From Leucoraja ocellata (taxonomy: Eukaryota), in NCBI GenBank assembly GCA_036785375.1, contig JAWMAR010000148.1:4960001-5024000 (forward strand): 64,000 bases of DNA, in the 5' to 3' direction. Of this stretch, positions 61,473-64,000 are shown piece by piece. Under the pieces are notes generated by a model that ran no database searches, had not been told where the DNA came from, and saw nothing but the letters and a program-made list of their open reading frames with translations. Position numbers and translations under genes: made by a program. How positions within the stretch are numbered: the stretch's first letter is position 1; every line of letters starts with the position of its first letter.

Positions 61473-63721
61473 CTATGAAAGATAAAATGGTCATTTGTAG
61501 ATATGTAACAGGTAACACCATTCGACATGTATGTTTAGACCAACCTGTACGAAGCTTTGCGTTACATAACAACAATATCGCACGCACCTGCAATATTTGT
61601 AGACCATGGCTCAGAGTATTTCATGGTAATAATCCCTTTCCCTTAAAGGTTAAAGGCAACGAGAACAAAATGAGGAAATAATTTCACGTTGACTAGCTCT
61701 CTGTTAGCCAATCAAAAATTGGACAGGAATAAGGCCAGCAAGTCGGTTTTCATTAAAACAAAATAAATGAAGTAGTGATTTCAGAGATGTTTACGAATAT
61801 GAAGAGATGTCAAGAAGGCCACTTGATAATTTGCATAACATGAAAGCATTGAAACATGATTATGCATAAATAATTTGGGACAGAGAGAAACAAAATTACA
61901 AAGAGAAAATTATGAAATCGCAAAGGTCAATGATTGAAGCAGAGACCATGTCTGCATTTCAGTTCGATAAGAGGCTGGGGCAACGGGAAATAATGCGATT
62001 TGAAAACAAGTCTGGCTGGTTATTGCTTGGGTGGAGGAAGAACATTCATATGGATTGGCTGGGCTGTAATGGCACATGTCCATACCGCAATTACTTCCCT
62101 TTGATACAAATGGCCTCAGTACACATGGACGGCTGTGGCAGTTCCACTCTGGTTTTCTTTCAATTACCTTCTGCTTAAACTGTAAAGAGAGACCATGATT
62201 ATGCCCTATGTGGTCAAATGGCTCCCAAGTCACTCGTACATTAAGAATAAACAGCGCAGTTAGGCACGAGCACTGCATCATGTTATCATGAGTCAGCATT
62301 TTCAGTCGAAGAACAGAGAATGAAATAAAAAGATGTTTGTGTGACAAATATTTGGCAGAACTGGAAAAATTTTGTTTTTTATTTTCCACATATCCTTGGT
62401 CTTCTGAATCTGAATAAGAACATGGGCAAAGAACAGATGTACTTCGAGGCTCCTGGCAGCCATGGGTGTTCCAGGCAATTATGAATTTTCAGCTGACCCA
62501 ATGTTCCACTCCATGTGATTTAAATTATATGTTCGAAGATCACGCACTGCATGGATCTCAATTAAAAACATGAAAGAAATGTACCATGATTGCAAGGTTT
62601 GTAGATGGGATGCTTTCAGTTGGCAGAATGTCCTACTGTTGTACAACTTGTATAAATAATTAATTTGTACATTGCAATCAAAAACTATTGCACAGTCCAG
62701 TACAAAGATCACCCATAATAATCTTTTGAAGACTACCAGAGGGAAAATAAAATAAACAAATTAAACTCCAGTTTATTACAACCTCCTGGGACCTTTGACT
62801 AGTTGTTAATAATTCAATTTTAAAAGCAAATGCTGCTCAGCAAGCGGTTTAGAGATTATCATTTGTCAGTCCGTGTGAAATTCATGTACTGTACATGGTC
62901 TAATGACATTTCATCATGGATTCTATTTCACTCATGGTAACTTGCAAGGATAAACACTTCATAAAATAGTATCCGTCCTTCAAATTTACTAAGCAATCAC
63001 AGCATGTTGTCACCGACAGGCCACCTTCAAAGATGAGCATGATAACACTAAAATCTTCATGCTTCATGTAGTGCACGGTGACTTCACTTTCATGTGCCTG
63101 CTACATGGAAAGACCATAGAATCAACGGCAAATTTTCCAATGATATGAACACACACTTATAAAGCTTGTGAACATCGTTCGAATTTGATGGTTCCTTCCT
63201 TAAACCTACTCATCATTTCTCTGGACAATCATTTATTACCAGTTCAGCTGCAAAGCTTTCTTCACCGCAGCTACCAAACAATTACCAACTTCATGAACTT
63301 ATCCCTTCTATGAATATTTCACAAAGACCAATGCTAGAAATCTTCTGAAAAACATGTTAGTACTTGCTGAAGCAGAATAACAGTGCATATCCTCAAGCAC
63401 TTTGTGTCCTTTTTTGCAAACCAGTATGTGCAGTTCCTTGTTCCTACATCCAAGAGTGCTTCTGGATACTTTTTCTGCTATATTTCTAAGAGTAACTGAT
63501 CGAGAACATGCAGATAATGTCTCGATCTTTTCTCAATATGGTGAAAAAAATGTTCATACACCAATCCCAAGATACTTCCATGCTTTGTGCGAAACCTCTC
63601 TCATGTACTTAATGATATTAGGGTATTTTAGGAGAAACTGATTACCTGACATGCAACACATATCTGAAGAGGATGGTCTGAGCATCTTCTGACTTTTCAT
63701 TTCTATTATTGGGTATGTTTA

Positions 63722-63895
63722 GAAGGAATTGCAGATGCTGGTTTATACCGAAGATAGACAGAAAATGCTGGAGTAACTCAGCGGGTCTGGCAACATCTTT
63801 GCAAAAAAGGAATAGGTGACACTTCGAGTCACCTATTCCTTTTCCCCAGAGATGTTGCCTGACCCGCTGAGTTACTTCAGCACTATGTGTCTATC
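63722..63895. repeat. Inverted-repeat copy of the same element; other copies at about 2452-2675, 20405-20610, 30232-30380, 34203-34415, 50176-50360, 57459-57588 and 59845-60012
   Basis: Arms GATAGACA...AAAAGGAATAGGTGAC and GTCACCTATTCCTTTT...TGTCTATC around a 7-nt loop. Confidence 0.8.
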
Positions 63896-64000
63896 CATTA
63901 ACGGGTATGATAGACTCAGCAATGATAATGCAATAGTAGGTAACTAGATTTTCATGTTAGAGATGACCAATGTTGGGCAAATTTGCAAAATAAATGTTAT

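Noticed and set aside
61910-62389. 159-aa minus-strand ORF as an upstream GALK2 exon
   Set aside because: Lacks the expected ERYIGTEGGGMDQ motif and has no convincing splice context.
1-64000. CRISPR arrays, operons or prokaryotic defence systems
   Set aside because: The sequence is vertebrate intron-exon DNA. The recurring repeats are dispersed transposon copies, not regularly spaced repeat-spacer arrays.

Overview
Eukaryotic genomic DNA, not prokaryotic. It is AT-rich, intron-dominated and very likely from a cartilaginous fish (skate/ray), judged from the repeat content. The window covers the GALK2-FAM227B-FGF7 syntenic block. The minus strand carries the last four coding exons of GALK2 (61472-61320, 56572-56365, 43172-42971, 39923-39716) and the promoter, 5' non-coding exon and first coding exon of FGF7/KGF (ATG at 8499). 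The plus strand carries 3' exons of FAM227B (27703-27803, 31104-31264, 35806-35883, 36211-36285, probably 38530-38650 and 38896 onward), so FGF7 is nested antisense in a FAM227B intron and GALK2 and FAM227B converge tail-to-tail. Main observations: (1) a U12-type AT-AC intron in FAM227B; (2) an FGF7 leader with several uORFs, one ending in a TAATG stop/start overlap on the FGF7 ATG, apparently conserved to mammals; (3) an abundant short Penelope-linked element family with hammerhead-ribozyme-like cores, inverted-repeat structure and 12-16 bp target-site duplications; (4) Harbinger-type MITEs; (5) several candidate enhancers. Almost all ORFs in the supplied track are spurious. Gene calls rest on my own translation and recognition of the protein families. 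Comparisons with human sequences are from memory, not from database searches.
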